Origin: Epiperipatus broadwayi
Lineage: Eukaryota > Animalia > Onychophora
Reading direction: 5' to 3'
Assembly (NCBI GenBank): GCA_028023455.1
Contig: JAQFVV010000005.1
Span: 496,001 to 560,000 of the forward strand
DNA: 64,000 bases
The notes under the pieces were generated by a model. That model was not told the DNA's origin. It was given only the letters and a program-made list of their open reading frames with translations, and searched no databases. The position numbers and the translations under genes were made by a program. Position 1 is the stretch's first letter, and the number at the start of each line of letters is the position of its first letter. Shown here one piece after another: positions 38,485 to 50,007 of this stretch.

Positions 38485-38610
38485 GGTTTCTAGCTCATCA
38501 TTATACTTATACCCACCACCAACATTATTATCATCATTATTCTTATACCCACCATCAGCATTATTATCATCATTATTATCTCATCATCATTATTCTTCTT
38601 ATTAAAAGCA
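38485..38610. repeat. Imperfect (CAT/TAT)n low-complexity tract with an internal ~33-bp duplication
   Basis: CATCATTAT..CTTATACCCACCA..CA..CATTATTAT occurs twice in tandem. Confidence 0.8.
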
Positions 38611-40963
38611 TAAATAGATATATTCATACCAATTGAGGTGATAATCTTCAATATAAACATATATGCACACACCCACCTTATTCTATGTGCAATGACATTA
38701 GAAGATATTTATAGAGTTTAGATAATCAATTATCATCTATATAGAGATGTAACAGTTGATAATTAGTATGATTTCATTCCTTGTTAAGAGAGTCAAGAGC
38801 AATTATTCCCTGAATTTGAATATTATGGTATAACGGAACCAGAAAGGAATGAGAACTGAATTAACTGACCCAAACATGTAGAGCTAGTTTATTAGATACA
38901 ATCATAGGTTATACATTTCATCACATAATCATTGGCATCCTATGTAAAGACCCAAAGTCTGACCACAGTAAGATGCACCCCTCTCTCTCCTGGATAAATC
39001 CCTGGCCCATTGCAATATACTTCAACAAAAAACTCAAATAAAAAAGCTATTATAGATTCAATGAAAAAACTGGTTTAACTTCAGGGATTCTCAATTAGTA
39101 GTAATTGATTATTTCTTGGTATCATTAAAGGTTAAAGGTTATTTCTATTTAAATGAATATCATCTTCTCATTTCTATTCTTTATTATAATAATAATAATC
39201 CATGGAAATATTTGCACTCATACACATATATAATAAATTAATTATATGTGTGGTTTCTGAAATATATATATATACATTTCTGAATGATTTTTTAAATTTT
39301 TTTTATGTAATATGGCTGCCAAATAATGTTTCCTGCAGAATGACTAGAAAAGTAAATCACTTTTAATTATTTCATTGCAGAACTAATGACATCTCAACAG
39401 TTCCTATAAAAAAAAGTGAGAATAAGATGTCAATTACAAAACATGGCAATTGTTAATTGGTAAAAGCTTGAGTATTTTTCATCTTTGTTTATGGCTAAGA
39501 ATAGCCAGATATCCACTCACTGATCAATATCAAATGGATAACCAAGTTGGCTATAGGCAGCTTACTTCAAATAAAAATCAAAAGCTTTATTGGAACCTGA
39601 AAAAAATCTCAAGTTTTATTCTTAGAATCAAGCCAAAGCTCATATGTACAGCAGACATATGTGAATACATCATAAGATCTTTTCTTTGCATCTCTGTCCA
39701 AGTATATATCAAGTAATAAACCAGAAGCATATTTTAGTACTTTCTATTGGAAATTTAAACCTACTCTTATATATGTGTGTGCAAAATAAGAGGTACAAAA
39801 TATACTATATGTAACAGTTTTAAATATAATAACAATAAAAAATAAACAGTAATAGTATATAACATATAGAAGTATTTGTTTTAAAGTATATGATGAGATA
39901 TTTTAGTAACAATTATATATTGGACTATTTCCATCATTTAATTGTTAAATGTCTTTAGTAAAAATTCAAGCTTTATTTAAATGTTTAAAATACATTCACC
40001 TTTTAGTAATAGCATACAGGATAGTATATAATACAACATTCAAATGCTACTAACCTTCTCTTTTCTTCAGTTATTGCTGGTCTGGCATGTGACAGTTGGA
40101 CAGTATTCACATGGGAATCAAACCTGGAACTTTTAAGCTGATACAGTAATCAATTAGATTATTATGTTAAAGGTAATAGTGAATAAAAATTTCATACACT
40201 TATCTATGAATATTCTACTGATTTCTCCATTTTTTATTGAGAGTAAGATTAGTAAACGGTTTTCAACCATTATAAATTAATCATACTAGATTATCTTATG
40301 CATTTATTTGCCAGTGTTATGTGAGTTCTTTAAATGTTATTCATCATACTTTTTTCTCTCTTTCCAATTCTTTTGTTTTTTCTCAATTGAACATATGTTC
40401 ATTAATATGTACATAGTCTCTACTTTAGATATCTCTGGTTTAATTTTCTAATTATTAGTTTTTAATCTTTGAATCACTCTTCAATAGGGCAGCTGCTTTC
40501 ACCAATATATATTATTTCACATTCATGTGGTATTTGTAGATGTTCATAAAGGCTAGGATTTCTCATAATATGCTATGACTTTGGAAAGTTAGTCTGACAT
40601 TACATTGATTGCAGTATTTTTTAAGTTTATTGTAACACTGGTATGCATAGTTGCTCTTTTCTTTTAATGTTTTTTTTGTTGCCTATTTTAAGATTTTCTT
40701 AATTATAACTGAGGGGTAACTTTCTTCATGAGATTTTCTTTTTCTAAAACATTGATTTTGAACAAACTTTTTTTGCTATGTTTCATAGTCATAGTATAAA
40801 TCTATGTTTTGTGTTTCTGTCATGATTGGATAAATATGCTAATATTTTCATGTGTGTGCATGTGGAAGGAAGATTCTCTAAACTAGAGTTTCAATACTAG
40901 AGTTTCAATTTTATTATGGGAGAATGATTCTTGTCTCAAAAACATGTAAGAATACCATTTATT

Positions 40964-41423
40964 AAACTATTAAGCATCACATGATCACCATTTCCTATGC
41001 CTGCTCATAACTATTATTAAAACAGGCAAAACTCTCTATACAGTAGTGTCACTCAGTGCAAGCCAGAGTAATCAATGGATTCCAGAAGGCTTGTGCATAA
41101 AATCCCTATCTAGTGCATACTCATCCAATATCCCCAGACTAGTTTCTAGCTTGTGGCTTTCATTAGTGAAGAGCCTTGGATATGAGCCCAGACTAGTTTC
41201 TATCTTGTAGTTTTCATCAGTGAAAAGCCTTGGATCTGAGGATTGCATTAGATCCTAAGATCTAGGTGCAGGGCTCTCAGATCCAAGGCTCCTCACTGAT
41301 GAAAGCCACAAGCTAGAAACTAGTCTGAGGATATTGGATGAGTAGGCACTAGATTTCTGGTATTCATTGATTACTCTGGCTTGCACTGAGTGGCACTACT
41401 GTATAGAGAGTTTTGCCTGTTTT
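40964..41423. mobile_element. HHR family A palindromic insertion with three HHR motifs
   Basis: Antisense HHRs at ~41135-41172 (CTAATGA, mutated) and ~41188-41225 (stem II damaged); sense HHR at 41290-41331. TSD AATACCATTTATT (40951-40963) / AATACCTTTTATT (41424-41436). Confidence 0.9.
41290..41331 (+). ncRNA. Type I minimal hammerhead ribozyme (family A), best-preserved copy
   Basis: TCCTCA-CTGATGA-A AGC cacaa GCT A-GAAA-CTAG-TC^TGAGGA. Perfect 6-bp stem I; predicted cleavage after 41325. Confidence 0.9.
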
Positions 41424-41574
41424 AATACCTTTTATTGTTCTTGTTCTGATTCTATTATGAATTTAATTGAAGATGATATGTTATTGATGTGTATCCAGAA
41501 TAATGTTTGATCATGTAATCATATCACAAATGTATCGTTGATATAGCAAATCTAGAATTTAAGTGGATATAGCA

Positions 41575-42425
41575 AAAACACTAATCATGAAATTATATTG
41601 TTATTAAGGAATAGAGCAAAAGAACTTTGTTCAAAAAGCAGTGACTTAGAATAAAAAATCTACATAAAACAAACTTTCATGAAGAATGGTTATTCATCAT
41701 CTGTCATCAAGAAACTTTAAGTAGACAACAAATAGAAACATCAAAAGAAAAAAACAATTATTGGTACTGCAGAGCAGCCATATATATTAGGGATAGCAGA
41801 CAAAAAACAGAACAGCTTTCCAATATCATAGAATACATGAGAAATTCTAGCTTCTACAAAATTTAAACTTGAAATACCTAAAAAATACTATGTGAATGTG
41901 GAAAAATGAAAATAGATGGAACCAATGGTCAAAAGTGATTAAAAGAGAGAAACAAATGATTAGGAAAAAACAGATATATCTGAAATAGCAAACCATATGT
42001 TCAATTGGGAAATGATAAAAATATTGGCCAGTGAGTAAAAAGTACAAAAGAAAATTCAAAGATGCTGTCACCTGACGATGGTGAATAACACCATAAGTCA
42101 ACATTGTGTGATAATTCATCATATTTGAAAGCCAATCATTAATTTTCCCTTAAGGAAAAAAAAATCATGAGGACTTCATAGATAAAAATATGAAATTTCT
42201 ACTGCCGATTGGCTTCAACAGAATAGCCTATTTGGTTAGTAAATCATTTTAACAGGTCAGCAATACTTGAATAAGAGAGAATAATAATAATATGTAAAAA
42301 CATTGCATTATAACTAACTTGTGTATTATTAATATACGGTTGATTATAATTGAAAAAATGAAATCAAATTTGAATTTTTGTAAAGAAATATAATAATATT
42401 AAATAAAAGAAATAGTCCAATATAT
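41575..42425 (+). mobile_element. Penelope-like element 3' fragment, inverted relative to 39910-41570
   Basis: Thumb/linker (KNGYSSSVI…QPYILGIAD), degraded GIY-YIG region, and the same terminal GAAATAGTCCAATATA (~42410-42425) as the other PLE tails. Confidence 0.7.
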
Positions 42426-43042
42426 AATTACTCTACAAAAATACTTTCAATTACTTAAATTGCAATCAATTTCAACTGGATTTATGTAAACAAAATAAAA
42501 AAACAAACAAACACCAGATATCACACTTAAATTACGTTGATATGAATGCAATTTAAATAATCAAAGGTACTTCTGTATAAGTTGTACGTTATTACTGTTT
42601 ACTTTTTAATATGATTATAATTTAAACAATTTTTAAATTCTGTTCTATATTTTTCGATGTAAGTAAAACTAAATTTGTCAAAAACTAAAATTTTGGAATG
42701 CAGTGGATTTGTTTACTTATTTCACAGCTAGATCGAGTTTAGTCAGTTTTGCTTTACTTTCATATACATTTTACAATAATGGTATTTCTTCTACGTTTTA
42801 TGTATGATATTCGGCTATGATATAATTTATGCAAATATCGATTTACAAAGGAACCCATAAACTAATAATGATATTTGGCTAAATTAGTATGAAATTCATT
42901 CCTATTTTATTACCTAAGTTTTTATAAAGACATTAATTATATGATTTTAAATAAGTTTTTAGATTTAAATTTTAAAACCCATCAAATTTTTCTAATTAAT
43001 ATTACCCTATTACTGCTTTCATTATATCTTAATATACCTTAC

Positions 43043-43332
43043 CTAATGAGCGAATCTCCATGAGGAAGAGCGACCCAATCACCATGAGCTTCTTCCATGT
43101 AGGTTTTCATATCTTCAGGGGTTTCATCACTTGATACAAATACAATTTCAAATGCTGCACCTTGATTGACTAAGTCACCATAGAAGTCAGACAGTATTGG
43201 TGTAAAGTGACGGCAAGGGGGACACCAATGAGCAGAAAAGTACAATCCAAGAATTTTGTCCTTCAGTACTTCATCAGCCTTGACTTGGTCTCCATTTTTG
43301 CGAATAAGCATTTTCCCAGCAAAAATATCCAT
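43043..43332 (-). CDS. Nucleoredoxin-like/tryparedoxin-like thioredoxin, first coding exon
   Basis: MDIFAGKMLIRKNGDQVKADEVLKDKILGLYFSAHWCPPCRHFTPILSDFY...FEIVFVSSD...WVALPHGDSLIR with WCPPC active site. Donor AG|GTAAGG at 43043/43042 (phase 2). Splice acceptor TTTTAG lies 2 nt upstream of the ATG (AG at 43336-43335). Confidence 0.95.
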
Positions 43333-43482
43333 TTCTAAAATGAAAAAAAACAACATTTTTGATAAAAATATTTACAATCATATTGATAACAAAATTTAGT
43401 ATATTCAATCTTAGCATGAACAGACTATAATACATCACATGTTTTCCTGAAGGTTTGTGATGAAGGTGTTCTAGTTGTATTT

Positions 43483-45900
43483 TTATATTGGACTATTTCA
43501 ACATGCGTATTGAATGTCTTTAGAAAAATTTAACTTTATTTAAATATTCCAAATACATTCAACTGTTAGTAATGGCACATAAATAGGTTACGATATGCAC
43601 AACATTTCAAGAGGTATTATTCTTCCCTCTTCTTCAGGCGTTGCTGGCCTGACCAGTGACAATACTAGCATGGGATTCAAACCTGAATTCTTCACATTCC
43701 AACCAACTGAGCTATTTTGCCAAAGGCAACAGTCTGTAGAAAATTCATATACTTATCTATGAGGTTCCTCCTGATTTCTCCACTTTTTCCTAAGAGCAAT
43801 GTTGATTAATGGTTTCCATATATTATGTATAGTCACAGTAGGTTGGCTTATAGGATTTTTTGCCATTGTCATGTGAGCAGCTTCTTTAAATTTTCTTCTT
43901 CATACCTTTTCTTCTCTATCCAATATTTTTGTATTTTCCCAATTGAATATATGTTCATTGCCACATACATGGTCTGCTACCCTAGACACATCTGTTTTCT
44001 TTCTTCTAATCATCAGTTTGTGTTCTTGCAAATGCTTTTCAATGGGATGACTGGTCTCACCAATATATGATCTTCCACATTCATGTGGTATTTCATAGAT
44101 GTAGTTTTTTTCAGCCTTTCAAGTTTAGGTTTTGTAGATGTTAGAATTCCTCATAATATACTATGGCTTTGGAAAACTGTTCTGATGTTATAGAGATTGC
44201 AGATTTTCCTTATTTTTTCTGTTATTTTGGGAATGTATGGGTACACTACAGTACCAGTAATTGTCTTTTCTCATGATGGTTCTTTTTGTTGTTTATTTAA
44301 TATTTTTTTAATAACAGCTGATGGATAACCATTTTTCACAAGATTTTGTTCTATATAGATCTTTTCGTTTTCTAAATTGCTGGTTTCTGAACAAACTTAT
44401 TTTGCTCTGCTCCATAGTGATAGTATAACTCCATGTTTTGTCTTTCTGGAATGATTGGATGTATAGGCTAGGTATCTTCCTGTATGTGTAAGTTTTTGGT
44501 AAACTGTGTTTTGATTTTTGCCATGAGGGAAGAGTCTTGTCACAAAGACAGTTAAGAATGCCAATTTTTATTCTTGTTCTGATTATATTGTGAATTTAAT
44601 TGAAGGGGATAAGTTGAAGATGTGTTTTCAGAAAGTTTGTAGCAATTCTTTACCATGTGACCATACAACAAATGTATAATCCACATAGTGAAGCCAAACT
44701 TTAGGTAGATATGAAGTAATTTTTATGGCTAAGGTGTCAAGTTCTTTCACCTAAATATTGCTAATCAGGAAAGACAATGGTGAACCCATATCCATTCCTT
44801 GATTTTGTTGGAAGAATTCTGTGTTATATTGAAAATAGGTTGTTTTTATGTAGAATGTTAATAGTTCCATTATACTATCAATAGGAAGAGCTGTTCTGGT
44901 CTGCAAACTATTATCACCATTTAATCTTTTCCTTACAGTAGACAATGCATCTTCACATGGTACATTCATGAATAAACTTTCTACATCAAAGCTTACCAGT
45001 AAGTCAGTTCTTTCAATTTTCATGTTCTTGATTAATTCTACAAAATGTCTAAAATACCTGACAAAGGACTTAAAACTTGAGAAGAAATCTTGCCAAATTT
45101 TGGAAAGGTGAATCTCTAGAACTAACAATAGGTGTTAATGGAACATGACCCTTATGGATTTTAGGTAGACCATAAAAATGAGGAATTCTGCTAAATATGT
45201 TATTTTACTTTTTTCTGAATCAGTGAAGTACTTGTGATGCTTTCTGAGTAAAGACTGTAACTTTGTTTCCATACTCGGAATTAAATTTCTTGCCATTTTT
45301 CTATATTGGCCTGCTGTGAGGAGTTCTTGTATTTTGTTGTCATAATCAGTTGTATGGCATTATGACTATTGCATTGCCATTGGAAGCAGGGAGAATAATT
45401 ATAGATTTATGTACTTTGAGAGATTTAATTGCTTTCCTTTCACCATAGGATATGTTTGACTTTAATTTTAGTTGCTTGTCAAGCGTTGTTTTTATTCTCC
45501 AGCATAATTTTATAGCTTTTTCTAAAGGCAACTTTTGAGTGACTTCCTCCATGGCTGCCATTATATCTAATAAAGGGATATTAGATGGTGTTATGGCAAA
45601 GTTTAATCCTCTTTCAAGAACAGAGATTTCAGTATCTATTAGATGTTTAGAACTGAGATTTTTAGCAGATGAAGTTAGTAGTACATTGCTTGGTACATTA
45701 TGAATTTTGATATGCCCATGTAGGTTAGCAAGTTTCTTCTTTCAGCATTCTTTTATTTTTCCATGTAATGTAGAATATCATTTTCTTACTGTTTGAGAAA
45801 CTGTCATGTAAGTTTATTTTTTAGAAAACATTCTACATTATTAATGGAATGCATTGTTTGATACTTAGAAAACCGTTGAGCATTTATTCTTTCTCTTAAC
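43483..45900 (-). mobile_element. Penelope-like retroelement (RT + C-terminal GIY-YIG endonuclease), degraded
   Basis: LVSFDVESLFMNVP and QGMDMGSPLS (ORF 44751-45128), HYVDYTFVV, THTGRYL..SNH, YIYEIPHECGRSYIGET and ADHV..NEHIFNWENTKIL motifs. Tail with A/B box and HHR at 43483-43760. 5' boundary approximate. Confidence 0.9.
43597..43640 (-). ncRNA. Hammerhead ribozyme motif of the Penelope-like tail
   Basis: Minus strand: CGC-CTGAAGA-AGAGG gaagaataata CCTCT T-GAAA-TG-TT^GTG. Consistent with GAAACGTT (ACGT palindrome) after CpG decay. Confidence 0.7.
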
Positions 45901-46985
45901 AGAGCTTCACTTGCTCTCTATAATATATAATGTATTGAGTCAACAATCCCAGAAGATAAAAAGTAGAAGTATTACATGAACTCTCTACATTGAATCTATA
46001 GTAAATAATACTTTTCATTTCTGAACCATTACCATAAGCAAGCTGAAGCCAATAGATACACACAGTGGAATCAAACAGATACCAAACTGGTTTTTTTTTA
46101 CTTTCAGAGATTGGGTTTCAGTAAAAAGATCAATGAAAAAGTCATCTTGTCAGCTTATAACCTACGTCACTAAAATATCTGACTTAGGACTTATTGCCAA
46201 ACATATTGTTATATAAGCAACTTGTATTGGATTTAAAACTTTAACGTGTATAATTTTTTTTCCCTAATAAAAAAAACTGATTCCCAATGCAGTTTACCTA
46301 TTATTTTCATATGTATATCAAACTTACAGAAAAAATTCTGTAACAAAAAAAAAATGTTATTGCTGAATGAAAATAAACTGCTAAACATTCAATAAATTTA
46401 GGCCATGTCATTTTCATCTTTGATCTACTCTAAAGTTTATTAAATGCATCCCAAAGTCCAAATTATACATCCATAAATTACTTGTAGTATAAATACATTA
46501 ACCATCAATTCTAATTTATACTGTCCCCCTCTACTTACATTTATTATTATTACTAATATCTCTTTTCTTTTTGTTTTTCTTGTGAAGATTTAATGTTTAT
46601 TATCAATTCTTTATTCTCAATCATCATTCTCTTATATTCTGATAACATTTTACTTTCATATTCCCACTCTTTACAGCCCAACCATATAATTTTCCGTATT
46701 CATTGACTCATTTTATTCATCTCAAATACTGTACAAATCCCCCCCACCGAATCTCTTTATGTTCTACATCATATGATCTGCCTCTTTTCTATATTGTCCA
46801 TTATAATTTTCTTTATCATTAATTCTTCTTTTCAATTTTGTTATTTTATTTTAAAAAAGATAAAACTTTTAAAATAGCTTATTACAGGACAAAGGTCTTT
46901 CCAGAAACTCCTCCCCACTCACTCCATTGAAGAACTGAAGAAAAAGAAATTATGCTCCAGACATGCTAATTTCTTGTTGTAAAGA

Positions 46986-47102
46986 CCAATGGTTGTTAGC
47001 CGAGAGGTCAGCGCAGCCGTCTTGCAAGCAAGCAATTGGTTGTAGACTGTTGTTGCGGGTTCGCCTCCCGGCCGATGCTATGACACGTGAAAAAAAAAAA
47101 AA
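46986..47102 (+). mobile_element. tRNA-like retroposed element with anticodon-loop insertion and A-tail
   Basis: TAGCCGAGAGGTCAGCGCA GCCGT CT TGC A [18 nt] G ACTGT..GGGTTCGCCTCCC GGCCGATGC TATGACACGTG(A)13. D/T arms align with the tRNA-Gly-like copy at 28037. Second copy at 17234-17298. Confidence 0.7.
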
Positions 47103-47776
47103 GGTTTTCCATTCTTATTTATCTATCAGCTAAAAATAGCTAGATATTTAATTGCTCATCAATATTGAGTGATCTAATATGCGACAGCTACTTGGAAAAA
47201 AATACTGAACTTGTTTGAAATGTAATAAAATTGCCTTAGTGTCCTTAGGAGTGTAACATCTTCCCTATCAATAATGGGTTACATCCTAGTCTAATATATG
47301 TATCAAAAAATATAGCTTGAGAATTTTACCCTGTGTGGTTTACTGTAGAAATAAAGCGTCAGACTGTGATGAATTCTTGTTGATAAACTCCTGAGAAAAT
47401 AAACCATTCGATTATTTTTTATTATTAAGAATCTTTACCCTCTAGCTAGAAATAATTGATTACCCAATTATTAACCACTATCATACAATAAGTTAGATTG
47501 ATGATTATGGTTTTTTTAAACTTAAAAAAAAAATTCTAAATTTATTTATGATGTCTTAAAAGTTTCAAGATTCACCCATCTGGAATTTAATCCCAATTAT
47601 GGCTTGTCAGATGATAATCATCTTTTTTGTATACATCTTTAAAAAGTCCATTTCAGTTGTCAATATTTTTATTCTATCTTAATCATATTCTGCATTTCAA
47701 TCTCACTAATCTTTACATTCTTTACCAAAGATTTTGTTTTGTTTTGTTGTTTCCTTTTTTATTTGCTTATTCTACT

Positions 47777-48196
47777 TAAATATTTGAAATACAGGCATTC
47801 TTTAGAAACCTGGAGCTTAATTGTAAATATAGGGGATTTGAACTCAGACTTTCAAGCACCCTTCAACTATCCACACTATCTCATACCACAGATACACATG
47901 ACCACACACATGTAGAAAAGATAAATAATCACCAATATATGTATTTCGTGCTTATCATCTCCCACATATATATAATATATTATATATGGGAAATGATAAT
48001 TTGGAATGCTGGTTAATATATATATATATATGGGAGATGATAATCTGGACCAACTTATGAGTGTTGGTTCAGCATGAAATACGTATATTGGTGATTATTT
48101 ATCTTTTCTACACGTGTGTGGTCATGTGTATCAGTAGTATGAGGTAGTGTGGATAGTTGAATAGTGCCTGAAAGTCCGAGTTCAAATCCCTTATAT
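47777..48196. mobile_element. HHR family B palindromic insertion (diverged subfamily)
   Basis: Antisense arm ~47825-47970 and sense arm ~48030-48196 with HHR at 48049-48092 (CTTATGA, mutated). TTATTCTACT is repeated at 47767-47776 and 48197-48206. Confidence 0.85.
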
Positions 48197-50007
48197 TTAT
48201 TCTACTGAAGTATAGTAAAGCTCTTGGAATATGAATCTCTTATCTAGTGAAATTTATCCTTAATTTGTCAAAAAGTTGCAATTATTTTTAATTCTGTCCC
48301 CTAACATAAAGTAAATAATTGCTGAAATGTTCCCAGAATGGAAAATGGCAATAGCGAGTTTGTTGATTCACCTTAATCCCAGTGCACGTGGCTATTATAT
48401 CCTTAAACTGGGTCACAAGTTGAAACATAAATGCATAATTCATAAGTTTAAGTGTCACACTTTCTGTACTTCAACTTTGATATCAACCACTTCAGATAAA
48501 TGCATTTATTAAATTAGAAATTATTCTTAGCCTAGATGTAAACTTTAAAGGTATCCTTTTTTCTTGATTTAGATATATCATATTCCATGATTTATATATG
48601 CACACCTCATGAACTGCAAGAATTATAATTTGATTCATTAGAGAATCACTTATTAATTATAATTTCATTTTAACAGTGTGCGTGAGAATAAATAAAAAAC
48701 AATTTTTCTAAAAGTACAGTTTGATTTGCAATAATGTTTTGTTTCAGTAGGTGTAGATAAAATGTGTCTGGATCTGCCGCTGCCATATAGTAAATAGCAT
48801 TTAAGATAATCTTCGCCTATTGTATTTAGATTAACAACAAAGATCTAAAATATATAGAATAAAAATAAATTTAGAAATAAAATCCAACTGTTTATAACTG
48901 CTCTCATTAATGAAAACGGTTACAAGTAAGCTTAGATTCTAAATTTAAGTAGATTTAATTACATTAAAAGAATGTTAACTAAAATAAAAAAAATAATTTA
49001 GGACTAAAATAATCGAAATAAGATTTTTTTTTTTTGAAAACTCAAGCAAACAAATTAATTATCAAAACAATTCAACGCGATTTTAAAATCCTCTCGAAAT
49101 TGCTGCAGTCTTCAGAGAACATAATTGTGTGTTCTTATTTAAATAAAAGTTTTTAAATGTTGCACTCAAAACATTAATTAAATTATTATTTTAATGCAAG
49201 ACAGGGTTTAATTTTACATATATTGCATGCTATTTCTTTAGTCTATTTATTAGATACGTAATGAGACTATCTTTTAACTATTTAAACCTTTTTTTCTGAA
49301 AGACAGTTTTCAGTTGCGTTCCAATTTTCACCATATCCTTCAAATAAAATCAATCGAATAATCTTTATAGTGTAAATGCGATTTGTTTCTTTCGCAAAAA
49401 CTATGGTCAAATTATGTATTTTTACAACTCAGGTCCTTACAACTGTATGATCAATATCATCACATCCATCAAGATGCAACAAAGATGTGATTTTGTGGTT
49501 ATGTGTTCAATACTATCACTTTCAGCAAAGAGCAATGCACTTGTATCCATACATCTGTATGTTCAGTATCATCACAATTGGATCTTTATGGCTGTTTGTT
49601 CCAATATCATATTCAGAAAAATGCAATACAAATGTATTTTTATGTATATATGTTCAATATTACTAAATGTAGGCAGGTATAACATATATGGACACCTAGA
49701 GCTGTATCTTCAATAATATCATATCCAGTTGAATGACTAATCAATGAGTCTAATAATCCAGAGATTATATTTATAGAATTTTAAATAGCATTCTCAGTGA
49801 AATATTTCCAATATTTAAAGTGAGATATCAGGAGAATATTGATATCTTACTTTTATACTGAATAATCCTATATACATCTATTATTGATAAAATATCATAT
49901 CTTTCAACTTTTGTGTTAATCTAACATTAAAATTTGCCATTCTAGCTAAAAAAAACTATCAGTATACTCAAATTAATTCACATTCTCTCAAACTGGTAGC
50001 TGAAAAC

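Larger units (their letters stand above)
39910..41570 (-). mobile_element. Penelope-like element, 5'-truncated (RT C-terminal part, GIY-YIG, tail), interrupted by a family A insertion
   Basis: Homologous to 43483-44700. INDTFVI (YVDD-equivalent) near 41535 and YIG motif ~40505. The sequence continues across the 40964-41423 insertion. Confidence 0.8.

Noticed and set aside
38448-38672. His/Tyr-rich or Ile/Met-rich ORFs
   Set aside because: Translations of a CAT/TAT microsatellite.
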